A DNA stretch of 64,000 nt from Raja brachyura (Eukaryota). Under the pieces are notes generated by a model that was not told where the DNA came from, made no database searches, and saw only the letters and a list, made by a program, of their open reading frames with translations. The position numbers and the translations under genes are program-made. Every line of letters starts with the position of its first letter. The first letter of the stretch is position 1. Shown piece by piece: positions 1-12,683 of this stretch. The stretch spans positions 20,894,001 through 20,958,000 of the forward strand of contig OY740809.1 in the NCBI GenBank assembly GCA_963514005.1, read 5' to 3'.

Positions 1-31
1 ATTTTCTGAGATCTTTAATCATGTGTTTCAG

Positions 32-158
32 AATTGAACAGATATATCAGAATGTTATGGCTTTGTGGCACCAACTGCACCTTAATATGAAAAGTGTTGT
101 GGCTTGGAATTACCTAGTGAAAGATATTGAAACTATTCACACTTGGAACAAAGACACT
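32..158 (+). CDS. MACF1: MACF1 exon, plakin domain (IEQIYQNVMALWHQLHLNMKSVVAWNYLVKD...)
   Basis: ttcag| acceptor, |gtacgt donor, phase 2 to 0. Confidence 0.9.
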
Positions 159-597
159 GTACGTATCCACTATTTTTTCTTACATATTGCAGTCAGACCC
201 TATCAAAAAAGTATAAATCTGTCATCCTACCCTGTAATTTGCCATTCATTCCTGGTTATATTTCTACAAGATAGACCCTTTTGGTTTGCAGAAGTTGTTC
301 TTGTAAAATGTATCACATGTAGCCTTGTGTAAATGATGGTTAACATTTCCAGATTCGGTTTAAATAACCTCTTTAATATGATCAACGTTTTACATGAGAA
401 TATTTTAACTATGAAATGCAAATTGTATATTAACTTCCTTAGAATATATTTTGTTTTATTGGGTACCAATGTTTCCGTAAAACCTCCTTACAGATCAGTG
501 CAGGATGCTAACTTCTCCAAGTTTGCTTGGAGAATGAAGGCCACTTATGACAGTTGTATATCAAGTTTTCACAATCTCAATACAATTGGCATTTCAG

Positions 598-781
598 ATT
601 AAAACACTCGAAGCAACCGAGCAGCAGCAACTGATGAAAAACCTCCAGGTGCATTATGAGGATTTCCTTGAAGACAGCCAGGAGTCGCAAGTGTTTTCCA
701 TTGCGGACAGACTGCGGTTAGAGGAAGAGGTGGATGGTTGTAAGGAGCATTACGAGCAGCTATTGGCCACCATGGAAACAG
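598..781 (+). CDS. MACF1: MACF1 exon, plakin domain (IKTLEATEQQQLMKNLQVHYEDFLEDS...)
   Basis: tttcag|, |gtcagt, phase 0 to 1. Confidence 0.92.
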
Positions 782-1169
782 GTCAGTTGAAAAACCCTCG
801 CGATATCACATCGTATGCCCTTCGATTAGTGTCATCAGCGTAATTATTTTCTATAATAACACCGTTGTTGACATAGCATTCAAAGTTTCTTTCAAAAGCA
901 ACCTGTGGATTTAGATTTCCACTTCTTTAAATATCCGCCCATTCATCCCAACAACAAAACATCAGCCACCGCAGAAAAATAACACGATCCATTGAATGTA
1001 ACTTTTTTTCTAGCAACGGCAGTGTAGGACATAAATTATTGACTTTAATTCATGAAAAACTGGAGTCATAGATGAAAGGATAGGGCAGAGCTTGTACACT
1101 CTCACTTCCTACCATGTGAAAGTGGGTAGCATGTGTGGCAACAATGCATCACCTCTGCACCAGCTCATT

Positions 1170-1890
1170 TCATTTGAAAGGGAGAACAACAACACACCTA
1201 CACAAGCCCTCTCCTCCTGATGACCCTATGTTCTCAGTCCCTGATACCAACATCAGAGTATACTTCAAGCAGCTGAATCGATGCAAAGTACCCAGCCCAG
1301 GCAGCATCCCTGGCTAAGTGCTGAGGTCTGTGCGCACCAACTGGCTGGAGCATTCAATTACCTCTTCAACCCCTCACTTCTATGGTCTGAGGTTCCCAAC
1401 TGCTTCAAAAGGGCACCTATTGTACTGGGTTCCCAAGAAGATCACGGTTACTATCATCAGTTAGCACTTGCACCCTCCGTAATGAGGTCTTTCAAGAAGT
1501 TGGTTGTGACGCGAATCAGCTCCTGCCTCAGAAATGACCCAAATCTACACCAATTTGGGTATCGGTGATAGGTCAACAGCAGATGCTATTTCTCTAGTTC
1601 TCCACTCTGCTCTGGACCATCTGGCTAACAGAAACACTTGCGTCAGCTTGCTGTCCATCAGCTACAGCTCAGCATTTGACACAGTCACCCTCTCTAAACT
1701 TATCAGGATCCAGTTTCTGGGCCTCTGTACCTCCCTTTCGCAACTGGAATTCTCTTTGGCAGACCTCGGTCAATGTAGATTGCAAACCACAGCTCCTCAT
1801 CACTGACCAACAAAATGGGGGTACCTCAGGGCTATGTGCTTAGCCCCCACTCCATACTCTTTACACGCATAACTGCAAGCACAGCTCCAA
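1170..1890 (+). mobile_element. Degraded Rex1/Babar-type non-LTR retrotransposon RT fragment
   Basis: Frameshifted RT motifs CAHQLAGAF..LFN.SL, QFGYR, RSTADAISLVLHSALDHL, YSSAFDT, then G.PQG. Boundaries approximate. Confidence 0.8.
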
Positions 1891-3397
1891 TGCCATGCTG
1901 ACCCCGAATCACTGAAATTCATATCGAAATAATAGAGCCTCCTATATTTAACATATTTAGTAATGTGCAAAGAATAACCTACCTCTGTGTAATAACCAAT
2001 GGAGAATAAATGGAATGCCCACCCAAAGTTCATAAGTACGATTATAACGCAGCATTAGAGTTCTGTGTTCAGGTTAAAACAATTTGGCCATTTATTTACA
2101 GGTAAAATAGTTCATAAAAATAGAAAGATATAATTCATCTAAAATTAATGAGTGTGATTATCAAGGAAAGGAATGCATCAAACAAAATAATGCCTGCAGA
2201 AAATTTAATTTGCTCTCCTCATGGCCATTTGGTCTTGCATTCAATCAGCAGTTGCTTCTTGCTTAGTCCTGAGCTCATTCAGACGCCACCTGCTGGTTGC
2301 TAGAATCAATTGACACGGTTATTCTACCTGATCTTCACCGTGGTCCTGAAGTACATTGCAAAATACCTGAGATTTAATCTGCGTGAACAGAAATTAATGT
2401 GATGATTTGCGGCTATGATGTTAAATAAACAGAATCATCAGTTCAACGTGTTTGCAAAAGCATTAAATGCACTCAATGTCAAAATGAGGTAACTTAAAAA
2501 TTAAATAAAATTAAATATTAAGAGAGCTTAATTGTCTTATGCATCAGGAACAGAACAGCTTGAAACCCAGTAGACTATTTGATTCATCACCCTAGTCTGA
2601 GCTCTGACTTGACGTAGCACTCGGGGTACCCTCCAGGACTTCCAACACATGGACTGGACTTCGCATTTTGGACTATTTATGTTTTCTAGGTTTTTAAAAA
2701 AAAAATTAAGGGCACCAGATTGTAGCGAATATTAATTTGTGGTTGTGCAAAAGAAGTTCTGTGCATACGTGACAATAAAGAACCATTGACCATTGGTTTG
2801 CCATGGTTCATTCAGCAGCAGGATCAATGATTACTGGTTCTATTGTAGCTCTGTTACTGCGCTCATATCCAAAGTCAGGCTGCCCATCGAGCCACCCTGC
2901 TGGTCTTCCTCAGCAGCTTGTGCTTTCCCCTGGCAGGTCACTCTACTCCCTTCCGTTATCTCAAGTAAAACATACCTCGAGCCTGTAAGCTTAGTAGTGA
3001 ATTTAGCCAAGCCACAAGGTTGATAATGTTGAGCATTGGTGGAACACAAAAATCGGGGAGAGTTGAGGGACAGCAGGAGGTATCGCGATTAGGAAGGAAC
3101 AGTCCTTCCATAACGCGCAGTCTCATTGTCCTCAACCTCATTGTGACCATGGACTTTGGCTTTGGCTCTGGGACAGTTGTGCTACAACTATATTCTGCAT
3201 GTTTGTCTCTTCCCCTTTGCTCTACCTTTCGTCCTTGAGTGAGGCTTGATTGTATTTATGTGTAGTTTGATCTGATTTGATTGGATAGCAAGCAAAACAA
3301 AACCTTTCGCTATATCTCGGTTCATCTGACAATAAACCTAAACCTAAAGTCCAAAGAGGTATTTTAGTGAGAATTCAAAATTGTATCATTAGAGACT

Positions 3398-3703
3398 GGC
3401 GGCACAGTGGCGCAGCGGTAGAGTTGCTGCCCTACAACGCTTGCAGCGCCGGAGACCCGGGTTCGATCCTGACAACGGGTGCTGTCTGTGTGGAGTTTGT
3501 ACGTTCTCCCTGTGGGTTTTCTCCAAGATCTTCTGTTTCCTCCCACACTCCAAAGACGGACAGGTTTGTAGGTTAATTGGCTTAGTATAATTGTAAATTG
3601 TCCCTGGTGTGTATAGGATGGTGTTAATGTGCGGGATCACTAGTTGGTGCGGGCACAGTGGGCCGTAGGGCCTGTTTCCACATTTTATCTCCAAACTAAA
3701 CTA
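3398..3703 (+). mobile_element. tRNA-derived V-SINE (HE1-like), full length
   Basis: A box TGGCGCAGCGG, B box GGTTCGATCC, central V-domain-like GTTCTCCC..GGGTTT..TTTCCTCCCAC, CR1-like tail ending AAACT repeats. Confidence 0.85.
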
Positions 3704-4499
3704 CAAAAGCAAAATGTTTTTCCTCGGTGTGTTACTGTTCAGGAGTATGAATAAAACCACAGTTTGCTTTTGATTGTTTTTTATTACTTGACTGCCAAGA
3801 AATAAAATATTGCTTTGTTGCTATAACCCATGCCCTAACACTGAACGTACAATTTAAATCATAAACCATCCAGTGGTTGACCCTTAAGTTGTATTATTCG
3901 TCAAAGTGTTAACAAATGTATTATTTTAGGAAGGTGATTTGGTCTATTGAAAATGGTGACGCATGCATCTTATTGTTGGAATCTAGAACTTTCATGAATC
4001 TTAACAGCTTTGTCATTTTCTTGAGGTACCTATCTACCTGCTGTCAAAAATTATAGATGTTATATTTTGGTAATCCCATGTTTGGGTGTGAGAGACTGCC
4101 AATTCTACCTGTCATGTGCAAATTGCCTGAGCATTTCTTTTTAAAAACTGGTACAGTGCTGCTGCTTTGATCAGCAATGGGTGGGTGGCTTAACATGTGC
4201 CTTGTTACTGCAGGAAAAAAGTACAGTATGACATTTCACTCTGAAGGTTATGGTGCACTATTATTTTGTCTTGTCATTAAGATGCAATGTTCAATTTCCA
4301 GGTCTGCTGGTCTGCCAGGCAACAGTGGGTGATGGGTGCAGTATTTTGTGTTATAAGCAAACGAGTTTCCAATAAACGTCCAGTGAATTTAATAATTCCA
4401 TTCATTTAACGTGTGTTTATCTCTTGAAATGTGACTTCAAAATAGCAAGAGTGGTTGGCTTAGTTTGAATTTTAGAATTGTTATGTATTTATTAAACAG

Positions 4500-4657
4500 A
4501 AGAAAAAGATGAAACACTGAGTAAGACCTGCATCTCAGAGCTACAAAATATACACCTGCGCCTGGGAAAGTATAACGACCGATTAATACGGAGACTTCAA
4601 GCCTCAGTTGAAGGAGATGTCATGCAAGAAAATACCTTCAGAATTGCTGAACAGGAG
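4500..4657 (+). CDS. MACF1: MACF1 exon (EKDETLSKTCISELQNIHLRL...RIAEQE)
   Basis: aacag|, |gttagt, phase 1 to 0; not in the ORF track. Confidence 0.88.
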
Positions 4658-5034
4658 GTTAGTCGAGGGGGAGGGGGGAGAACAAGGGAGGACTTGCATG
4701 GGATGCTTTCTAACTGTGTCAGCGCCCTTTCTGTGGTAACTATTTGCATACCGTGGGTACGAAAGCAAAGAATTTCACTGACTTGTCACATGTGAAAATA
4801 AAGTATTCAATTCAATATATATCAACAGTATGTTGAAACTGATGATCACGTCTCCCTGTATTTTAAGAGCTTTTCTATGATAACCAAAGTTGTCATATTT
4901 TAACATTACCCTCATGACAAATGCATGCAAGTATCTAATTATCTCTTGCTACGTCTTTCCATTGTTTACCTGTCTTTCAAGTCAATTGATCAAAATCTGC
5001 GCATTGATTATTTGACACTTTACTCCTTTTACAG

Positions 5035-5213
5035 CACATGCAGCAGGAATTAAGTGGGTTGAAATCTGAATTGAATGACGTGACAAAGAGATGCGAGACC
5101 TTTTTCTACCAGTCTCCTTCTGCAGCCAGTATCCCAGTTCTACGCTCTGAGTTGGACCTGGTGGTGCAGAAGATGGATGAAGTGCATTCATTGTCCTCAG
5201 CCTACTTGGACAA
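5035..5213 (+). CDS. MACF1: MACF1 exon (HMQQELSGLKSEL...PVLRSELDLVVQKMD)
   Basis: tttacag|, |gtgagt, phase 0 to 2. Confidence 0.9.
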
Positions 5214-5497
5214 GTGAGTCTTCATTTATATAAACACCAATAATGAAAGTATCCATACTTCTGAGGATTTAAAAATGACTGGTATATCTTATTCTTGGTG
5301 GACTAGCTGAAATAGTATCTTTGGCCAGCCTGTAGTATATATCTCATTCATCGATGAAAGGGCGTGAATGTTCCAAAAAAGAAAAATGGAAAATTGTCTG
5401 GTTGGATCCAGTTTGGAGTGCATTTAAATGTATCACTTTTGTGTTCTGTGTAAAATATGTTTAATTTCAGTGGAAAATACATGTTAATTTCTTTTAG

Positions 5498-5636
5498 GTT
5501 GAAGACGGTGGATGTGATGTTGAAAAATAGCCAAGGAGCGGAGATGCTGGTTAAGATGTATGAAATGAAGCTGAGTGAGGAGGACATGATCCCAGTAAAC
5601 CAGCAGGCTGTTAAAGGACACAGGAGCGTGCTGCAG
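5498..5636 (+). CDS. MACF1: MACF1 exon (LKTVDVMLKNSQGAEMLVKMYEMKLSEE)
   Basis: ttttag|, |gtacga, phase 2 to 0. Confidence 0.9.
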
Positions 5637-5739
5637 GTACGATAAAGCATTTGGTGACTGTGAACACGATCCTACATGATTGCTTCTGGAAATCCTAGTC
5701 TTTGCCAAGTTGGAGACAAGAAAAGCAATGTACAATTTC

Positions 5740-6095
5740 CACATAGTATGGAGCCAGGCCCTTCAGCCCATTGCATCCGTGCTGACCATTGAGCACGGTA
5801 CACCAATCCCATTGATTCTTCCACTTGCATCCCCATCACCTCTTCCCTTTCCCCAGATCACTCATGCCCTTATGTCCTCCCAGCCATTTTCCTGCCGTCT
5901 CTGACCACTAGAAACAATTTACAGTAGTTAATTGTCCCACCAATTATCATATATTGCGTGTGAGAGCAATTGGAGTGCCCCCAGGCAAGTCCATGTGGTC
6001 ACGGGGAGCTCGTACAAATTCCACACGGCAACCAAGATCAAGGTTCAACTTGAATCTTTGAAACTGGGAGGCAGCAGAGTGCACTACTGTGCTGG
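5740..6095 (-). mobile_element. Degraded HE1-like SINE
   Basis: Recognisable similarity to the reverse complement of the 3398-3703 copy; boundaries approximate. Confidence 0.6.
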
Positions 6096-7329
6096 TGTAT
6101 CTTTACACGAGCAGCTTACACGATTATAATAAGATAATTAACTCGGCTTAACTTCAATGTTTATGGAGGGAACCTGTAAAAGATCTCAATTCTGTTGGTT
6201 GAAAGGAAGTCAAGGAGGGCTTTAGTTTGAAGATGTGTAAACAGGTTTCAGCAGGGGAAATTTGAGCGGTAGGTTTTTAGGAGGTGCGAATGTTGGCATG
6301 GATTCAGGGTAGAGGTGAAAGGAGGACTCAGCAAGACAATGGAGGAATTTCAGTAGTATTATTTTATAAAACAAGCTGGTGCAGACTGCAAACATAAATG
6401 CAGTAAGACTATGGGACTTTATGGGTTAGCAATGTTTGTTCTGTACCTATGCTTTGGCAGAATGGAAGGAATAAGACTTATCAAAGAGCACTGAAATAGA
6501 TTATTTGGAGGTGACAAAACATGGTTCAGGTTATCAGCTGGAAGGATTCAGGCGGAGATGGGAGGTGGCGATGTTATGGAGTTGGATGCAGATGTGATTA
6601 AAAAGGAAAAGGACATCAGGATCTTAACTGGACATATTTGGTAGAGCAGATATGAGCAGAATATGATATTGTCGTCAATAATTTTAGAAATATTTCAAAT
6701 GTACAGGAGAATTTCAAAGAGTCTTATTCGTTAAAGTTATCAAAAGATCTTAAGCTACCTGATGAGAAAACTAATAGTTAAAGCTGAATTGAGATGAGGT
6801 GCCAGGAGATAACTCGGCAGTGCCGTAAACAAGTGACTTGTGCCATTTCATACGGACTTGTGTTGGAAGTTCTATTATTCATTGTACCAACAGTCTAGAT
6901 GTTGGAAAACGAAACTGCATTCTCAAGTTCGCTGGTAAACATTCTTGAGCAGCATTGTAATCTCTGATAATGAGAAGAAATGGTGTGGCAAGTGGATTGT
7001 GGCCAACGACTTTGAACTTGAGAAGTATAGATCAGTGCTGTTTAAACAATGAACAGTTAAGTACAAAAGAGATGCAATGAGACTTGGTGGTGGTCAATGT
7101 TACATGGATCTGTAACTTTCACAGACAAGTTAGGTATTCGACTGGACTGGATTGGATAAGTCCATTTTTCACAGTTTGCTCTTACTGATGCCCGCTATCT
7201 CTATTATAATACAAGGTTTCAGAGCCCCAGCATCTTGTGCTTCAGTTACGTAAGGCATTAGAGAGATAACATCTGAAATATGTTTACAGTAATGAATGTG
7301 TTGGAAGTAGTTCAGAGAAGACTTAGTAA

Positions 7330-7740
7330 TAATATATGGATTGGACAGGTTGTCTTGTGCGGAAAGGTTGGGCAATCTAGAATGGAGTTTAGAAGAGCGA
7401 GCTTGGACTTGATTGAAATATAAGAACCTGAGGGATATTAACCAAATAGATACGGAGAGGGTGTTTCCTCATGTAGACAAATCTAGAACCTGGCTCAGTG
7501 CTTACAAATAAAGAATGGCAGATAAGGGGAATATTAATTTGAACAATCTTTCTCAGAGGATGTCGGAAGCAAAGTTTTTGAATATTTGTAAGGTAGAAAT
7601 AGATGGAGGCTTGATTCCCAAGGGGTGAAAAGTTGGGTGAGTGGGCAGAAATGCAAATTCGTAATTATAATCAAAATACCATGACGTTAAAGAGCAGAAC
7701 AGACTTGAGGAGCTGTGGCCTTCTTTGTATCCCTGACTTG
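7330..7740 (+). mobile_element. Degraded CR1 LINE 3' fragment
   Basis: Similar to the 3' end of the CR1 at 59032-61645; boundaries approximate. Confidence 0.55.
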
Positions 7741-8115
7741 CGTGTTCCTTTTTGTATAAAAGAGCATTTGCAGAGATTAAGAAGGTATATTGGACAGTGA
7801 CCCATTGGGTATGGATAGATGTTGGCTCAAGAGCAAGGTTCATACAGTTAGGTTGATGATAGATGATCACAGTTTGAGAGCTGCTGAAATGGACACTTTT
7901 GTCAAAATAGATATTTGTAAATACACTATCCAATACATGTGAGCATCATTATTTTAAGCATGAAAGATTACTCATATATTTTTTCCACTCCAGACTATTG
8001 CTTCTGAGCTTATTATGGAGGCCCAAATGAGGATAACAACAGTGTATATACTTTTTTTTAATTGATATTTAAAATGTTGACTCTACAAATGAACCCGTAA
8101 CTTAAACTATTGCAG

Positions 8116-8309
8116 CAATGGCTTGGCGATGTGAAGGATAAGCAGCAAGTGTTTTCCTCTTTGGACGAGGAAATGCAACGAGCACAGGCGGTTTGCAAAC
8201 ATCTCTTTGAGCTACACAATGAGCGCAGCTTGGATTTGGAACGACATCAAGAGAAAGCGGTACAGCTGAAAGACCGATGGCGAAACATCCAAACACAGAT
8301 CGAGACCAG
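8116..8309 (+). CDS. MACF1: MACF1 exon (QWLGDVKDKQQVFSSLDEE...DLERHQEKAVQLKDRW)
   Basis: tgcag|, |gtcagt, phase 0 to 2. Confidence 0.92.
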
Positions 8310-9159
8310 GTCAGTCATCCTCTTGATTCCATTTTTTTTAATGTGAATTTTTCGGTTTTCGCTTTGAGGAAATCGTGATTAAAAAATATATTCAGGAATT
8401 ATTTTCCCTGAGTTGCTGAATTTATCTCTATTTGGCAATTCATCTTCAAGGCCTCTTATGGAAAGCTATTGGTTTATCTCAGTTCGCTGCTTTCCATGTT
8501 GAAAAAATAATTTACCAGTCATTTGATTAGGATGCAGAACACATGATAACAGATGTGCTTGAATTCCTGATAACAGAATGAACAAATGAAACAGAGCCCT
8601 TCAACGGGAATGTACATTAAAACGTTTCTACATTGATTTCTTACTTTTTTCCCTTTTACTAAGTTTCTACTTTTCCAAAGGTCATTTTGTTGAACTTGAA
8701 TACCAGAATACTTTTCTACTATTCGGTGGCAAGCACAGTTCCCCGCATATTGTAACTGTATTGTAACCAAGTATCTTACATGATCTTGCATTCTGACTTT
8801 TTATTATCAAACTTAACACTCTGGAATGACCACTGCCACCCCTTTTCCTGTTTGCATTCCCATTAATTACTTCCAAATCTGCCCAATTTTCGAACTTGAT
8901 GGTTTGAAGCTTGGAAGTAGATTGCACAACAAGCAGTGGCCTTTTACATGATTTCTCAGCAATTTTAAAGCAAATGTCAATATCCTATGAAGATTATTTT
9001 GTGCTATTTTAGTTTTCTGACTTAATAGGTGAGGGAGCTTCTCACAATGATATCTATCTGACAGCCTGTTAGTGCTTTCATGCTGCAAGCTCATCTCCAC
9101 ATATACTTCATCACAATGTCACAAGCAATGTCTGAACTACTTAACATAATCCTACAAAT

Positions 9160-10000
9160 CACAGCGTCATACTGCATGGAAACAGGCCCCTTGCCCATGG
9201 TGACCAAGATGCCCCATCTACACTCGTCCCAGCTTCCCGCATTTGGCCCATAACCCCCTTAACCATTCTTATCCATGTTCCTATCCAAATGTCTTTTAAA
9301 TGTTGTTATAGTACCTGCATCACTTTCCTCCGCTGGCAGCTCGTGTCATACACCCACCACCCTCTGTGTGAAAAAAATGTAGCTCCATCAGATTCCTATT
9401 AACTCTTTCCCTGTCACCTTAAACCTATGTCCTCTGGTTCTTGATTCCCCAATTCTGGGAAAAAGACTGTGCATTTATGTCATTATTCCCCTCCTGGTCT
9501 TATCCACCTCTATAAGATCACCCTCATAGCCCTGTCCCACGGTACGAGTTCATTCCAAGAGCTCTCCCGGGTTTAAAAAAAAAAAAAAATCAAACTTGTG
9601 GTAAGCGCGGAGAATGAATGTAGCGGCTACGTCGAAGCTCGGAGACGTCTCTTAGCGGTAACGGCAGGCACTCGGGAAGACTCGCTAACGGCAGGTAAGC
9701 ACGGGAAGACTCGTGAAGACTTTTCAACATGATGAAAAATGTCCACGAGAGCCCCGGGTACCGACGAGTGGCTATTACTGTGAATCTCCGAGTTCGAATC
9801 AGGGCAAACTCCAGAGAGCTCTTGGAATGAACTCGTACCATGGGACAGGGCTTTTAATCCTCCTGCGCTCCAAGGAATAAAGTCCTAACCTGCCCAACCT
9901 CTCCCCGTAGTTCAGGCCCTCAGGTCCTGGCAACATCCTCGTAAATGTTCCCTGCACCCTTTCCAGCTTAACAACGTCTTTCTTTTCAAGGATGACCAAA
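9160..10000 (-). mobile_element. CR1 LINE 3' fragment interrupted by a MITE
   Basis: Minus-strand peptide KLERVQGTFTRMLPG..YGERLGRLGLYSLERRR is the CR1 ORF2 C-terminus. Confidence 0.8.
9528..9854. mobile_element. PIF/Harbinger-like MITE
   Basis: 39-bp TIRs AGCCCTGTCCCACGGTACGAGTTCATTCCAAGAGCTCTC with 1 mismatch; TAA on the right flank. Confidence 0.8.
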
Positions 10001-10431
10001 AGTATGTTGCAGTTTTATGCAAAAACACCTCTTTTTAGAAAATGAAGAACTGCAGATGCTGGTTTTCAAAAAGGGCGCAAGTGCTGGAATAACTCAGCGG
10101 GTTAGGCAGCATGAAACACAATTGCACATAACACTCCAGAGTACAGTTTAACCCGTGTTTTGTAAAGTTGCCTTCAAAGGTCAGACTTGTTTTCTATGCC
10201 CTGACCTATGAGGCAAGAATGCTATACGCCACCTTTGGCACTCATTTGATCTGTGCGGCCAGATTCCGAGAGCAATGGCCTTGGACAGAGAGACCCTGTG
10301 GTCCATTAATATTCTTTAGTGCCCTACCACGTACAATCATGTCCTTCCCCTATGATGAACAATGAAGAGTAGGAGAATTGACTATTACTCCATCCTAAGT
10401 CACTTTATTCTGATCTTTCTGCACCATACAG

Positions 10432-10594
10432 AGAGTCTGAATTGGCGACCATCGAAGTATTGCTGAAGAATTACAGGGGCTGCCATCAGTCACTAATAGA
10501 TTGGATTGAGGAAACCACTGCACAGCAAGGAAAGATGGAGCCAGGGAAGGCAGAAGATACAAAGATCCTCTCCGAACAGCTGAGTCAACAAATG
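10432..10594 (+). CDS. MACF1: MACF1 exon (ESELATIEVLLKNYRGCHQSLIDWIEETTAQQ...)
   Basis: atacag|, |gtagga, phase 2 to 0. Confidence 0.9.
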
Positions 10595-10651
10595 GTAGGA
10601 AATATCTCATCTACTTGATGTATCCACTGCAACAAGGAGATGCCTGAAATG

Positions 10652-10864
10652 TAGGATGGAACTGCAGATGCTGGTTTACACGGAAGATAGAACACAAAAT
10701 GTTGAGTAACTCAACTGGAGAAAAGGAATAGGTGATATTTTGGGTTGAGACCTTTCTTCAGATTCCAGAATCTTCAGTCTGAAGAAAGGACACGACCCAA
10801 AACGTCACCTATTCCTTTACTCCTGACCCGCTCAGTTACTGCAGCATTCTGTGTCTATCTTTGG
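10652..10864. mobile_element. Fold-back Penelope-derived repeat with degenerate hammerhead cores
   Basis: Inverted arms; flanking TGCCTGAA(A/G)TG duplication at 10641-10651 and 10865-10875. Confidence 0.75.
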
Positions 10865-11099
10865 TGCCTGAAGTGGCTGTTTAAAATAAAATGCCATATT
10901 TAAATAAAGCATGACCGAGAGATTACACAGTAATGTTTCTGTGTTGCTTATTTGTATTTCACCTTGCACTCATGTTTACATGCCTTCAGATCCATCCTTG
11001 CTGTTGCATATATCTTGCACAAAACTAAGAATGGTCCAGGAATGGTGAATCATGCACAGGAGGCATTCCCTTAATTTCAATGTATTTATTTCTGTTTAG

Positions 11100-11183
11100 G
11101 CTCTGGTTGCTGAAATAGAAAATAATCAAATCAAACTTGATGAATGCCAGAGTCTGTCTAAACAGTACTCTGCAGCTGTGAAG
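11100..11183 (+). CDS. MACF1: MACF1 exon (ALVAEIENNQIKLDECQSLSKQYSAAVK)
   Basis: tttag|, |gtaagc, 84 nt, phase 0 to 0. Confidence 0.92.
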
Positions 11184-11283
11184 GTAAGCCTTCACATTTA
11201 TTGGTTCAAATCTTTAAACAAAGTGAAGTGGTTTTCTTCTGAAAAGCAACAGGATTTAAAACTGCCTCATTTGACTTGCCTAG

Positions 11284-11391
11284 GATTACGAACTGCAGTT
11301 GATGACCTACAGAGCCTTTGTTGAATCTCACCAAAAGTCACCCGTAAAGCGCCGTCGAATGCATTCATCATCGGATGTCATAACCCAAGAG
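11284..11391 (+). CDS. MACF1: MACF1 exon ([36 protein letters not shown])
   Basis: cctag|, |gtgaga, 108 nt. Confidence 0.95.
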
Positions 11392-11509
11392 GTGAGAGAA
11401 GTTTGTTGAACATCACCACGGATCTTTTTTTGTTTCAGACACCTAAATTGTAAACTTGCGAGTTTTGAAGTTTTTGTCAATATTTAGTAGCGTCTTATCC
11501 TTTCTATAG

Positions 11510-11608
11510 TTCATGGATCTCAGAACACAATACACCGCACTGGTGACTCTAACAACTCAACATGTGAAGTACATCAGTGATGCTTTGAGGCGGCTGGAAG
11601 AAGAGGAG
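11510..11608 (+). CDS. MACF1: MACF1 exon ([33 protein letters not shown])
   Basis: ctatag|, |gtaagt, 99 nt. Confidence 0.95.
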
Positions 11609-11835
11609 GTAAGTGGGCTAAGAAATTAGGAAAGACTTTTGAAAAAGGATTTAAACAAACTTGGACACTAGTATATTTGAACTAGGCTAAAACCTGACAA
11701 TAAAGGTAATTCAAAAAAAAAAATTTGATTCCAAACAAATACATTGGAGGTGTGTGTAAGTCTCATTGTTTCTTAACTAGTCTGAGTCATAGAACTATGA
11801 ACATGGACATGGACAATGAAATGAATAGATCCTCT

Positions 11836-11945
11836 GGGGTTGCACAAAAAGCTGGAGAAACTCAGCGGGTGCAGCAGCATCTAAGGAGCGAAGGAGATAG
11901 GCGACGTTTCGGGTCGAGACCCTTCTTCAGACTCATTCAGATTCA
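11836..11945 (-). mobile_element. 110-bp Penelope-derived insertion with an intact minimal hammerhead ribozyme core
   Basis: Minus strand reads CTGAAGA-A-GGGTCTCGACCC-GAAACGTC; perfect 13-bp TSD GAATAGATCCTCT at 11823-11835 and 11946-11958. Confidence 0.75.
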
Positions 11946-12530
11946 GAATAGATCCTCTTTTGGGAGGGCAGGCGATTGATGGGTGAAGGGCCTCAACCAC
12001 AGCTCCCAAAGTAAGTGTCACATCTGATCTGCCGAATTGATACCCTGTTGCAGTTTATAAGACCATTACCAGAAAGGGGATATGATTCAGAAAATGCACA
12101 GATATTTCAAGTTCAGTGAGAACTTTAGAGAGTTTTGATTTGCTTTATAGATATTCAAAGCCATTCAATGACAACAAATATGCAACATTTGTATGACACT
12201 TTTATATCACTTGGAGTAAGGATTACAGCCCATTGCATTTTTCGATCCATTCTCTGGGATCTGCAAAATTACAAAATAGATGAAGTAGCACAGTGGCACA
12301 ATCAGAATGTAAATTGTGGAATTACAATCCAGATGTTACCACTTGGCCCAGGGTATCTAAACCACCTTGTTTAAAGGCTACCCACAAAGTTTCATCACCC
12401 TGCCCACACCCCAGAACCCTGGGATATTTCTCTGTCGAGCATGTATTCTGTTGCATTTAACAACTTGAACTGAGTATGTTTAATCATCCTTTTCAGCAAT
12501 GCATATTTTTCTTTATATTGCTGAGTTTAG

Positions 12531-12683
12531 AAAATTGTCGAGGAGGAGAAGCAGGAACATGTTGAAAAAATGAAGGAACTCTTAGGCTGGGTTTTGAACG
12601 CGGATCAGATCCGAAAAAATAAGAATGTTTTACCAGAAGCAGCGGGCCTGGAAACCATTGAGCAGTCATTCAGTGAGCAACAG
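12531..12683 (+). CDS. MACF1: MACF1 exon (KIVEEEKQEHVEKMKELLGWV...)
   Basis: tttag|, |gtacgc, 153 nt. Confidence 0.9.

Noticed and set aside
3398-3480. tRNA gene
   Set aside because: A and B boxes belong to a SINE head that continues into V-domain and LINE tail
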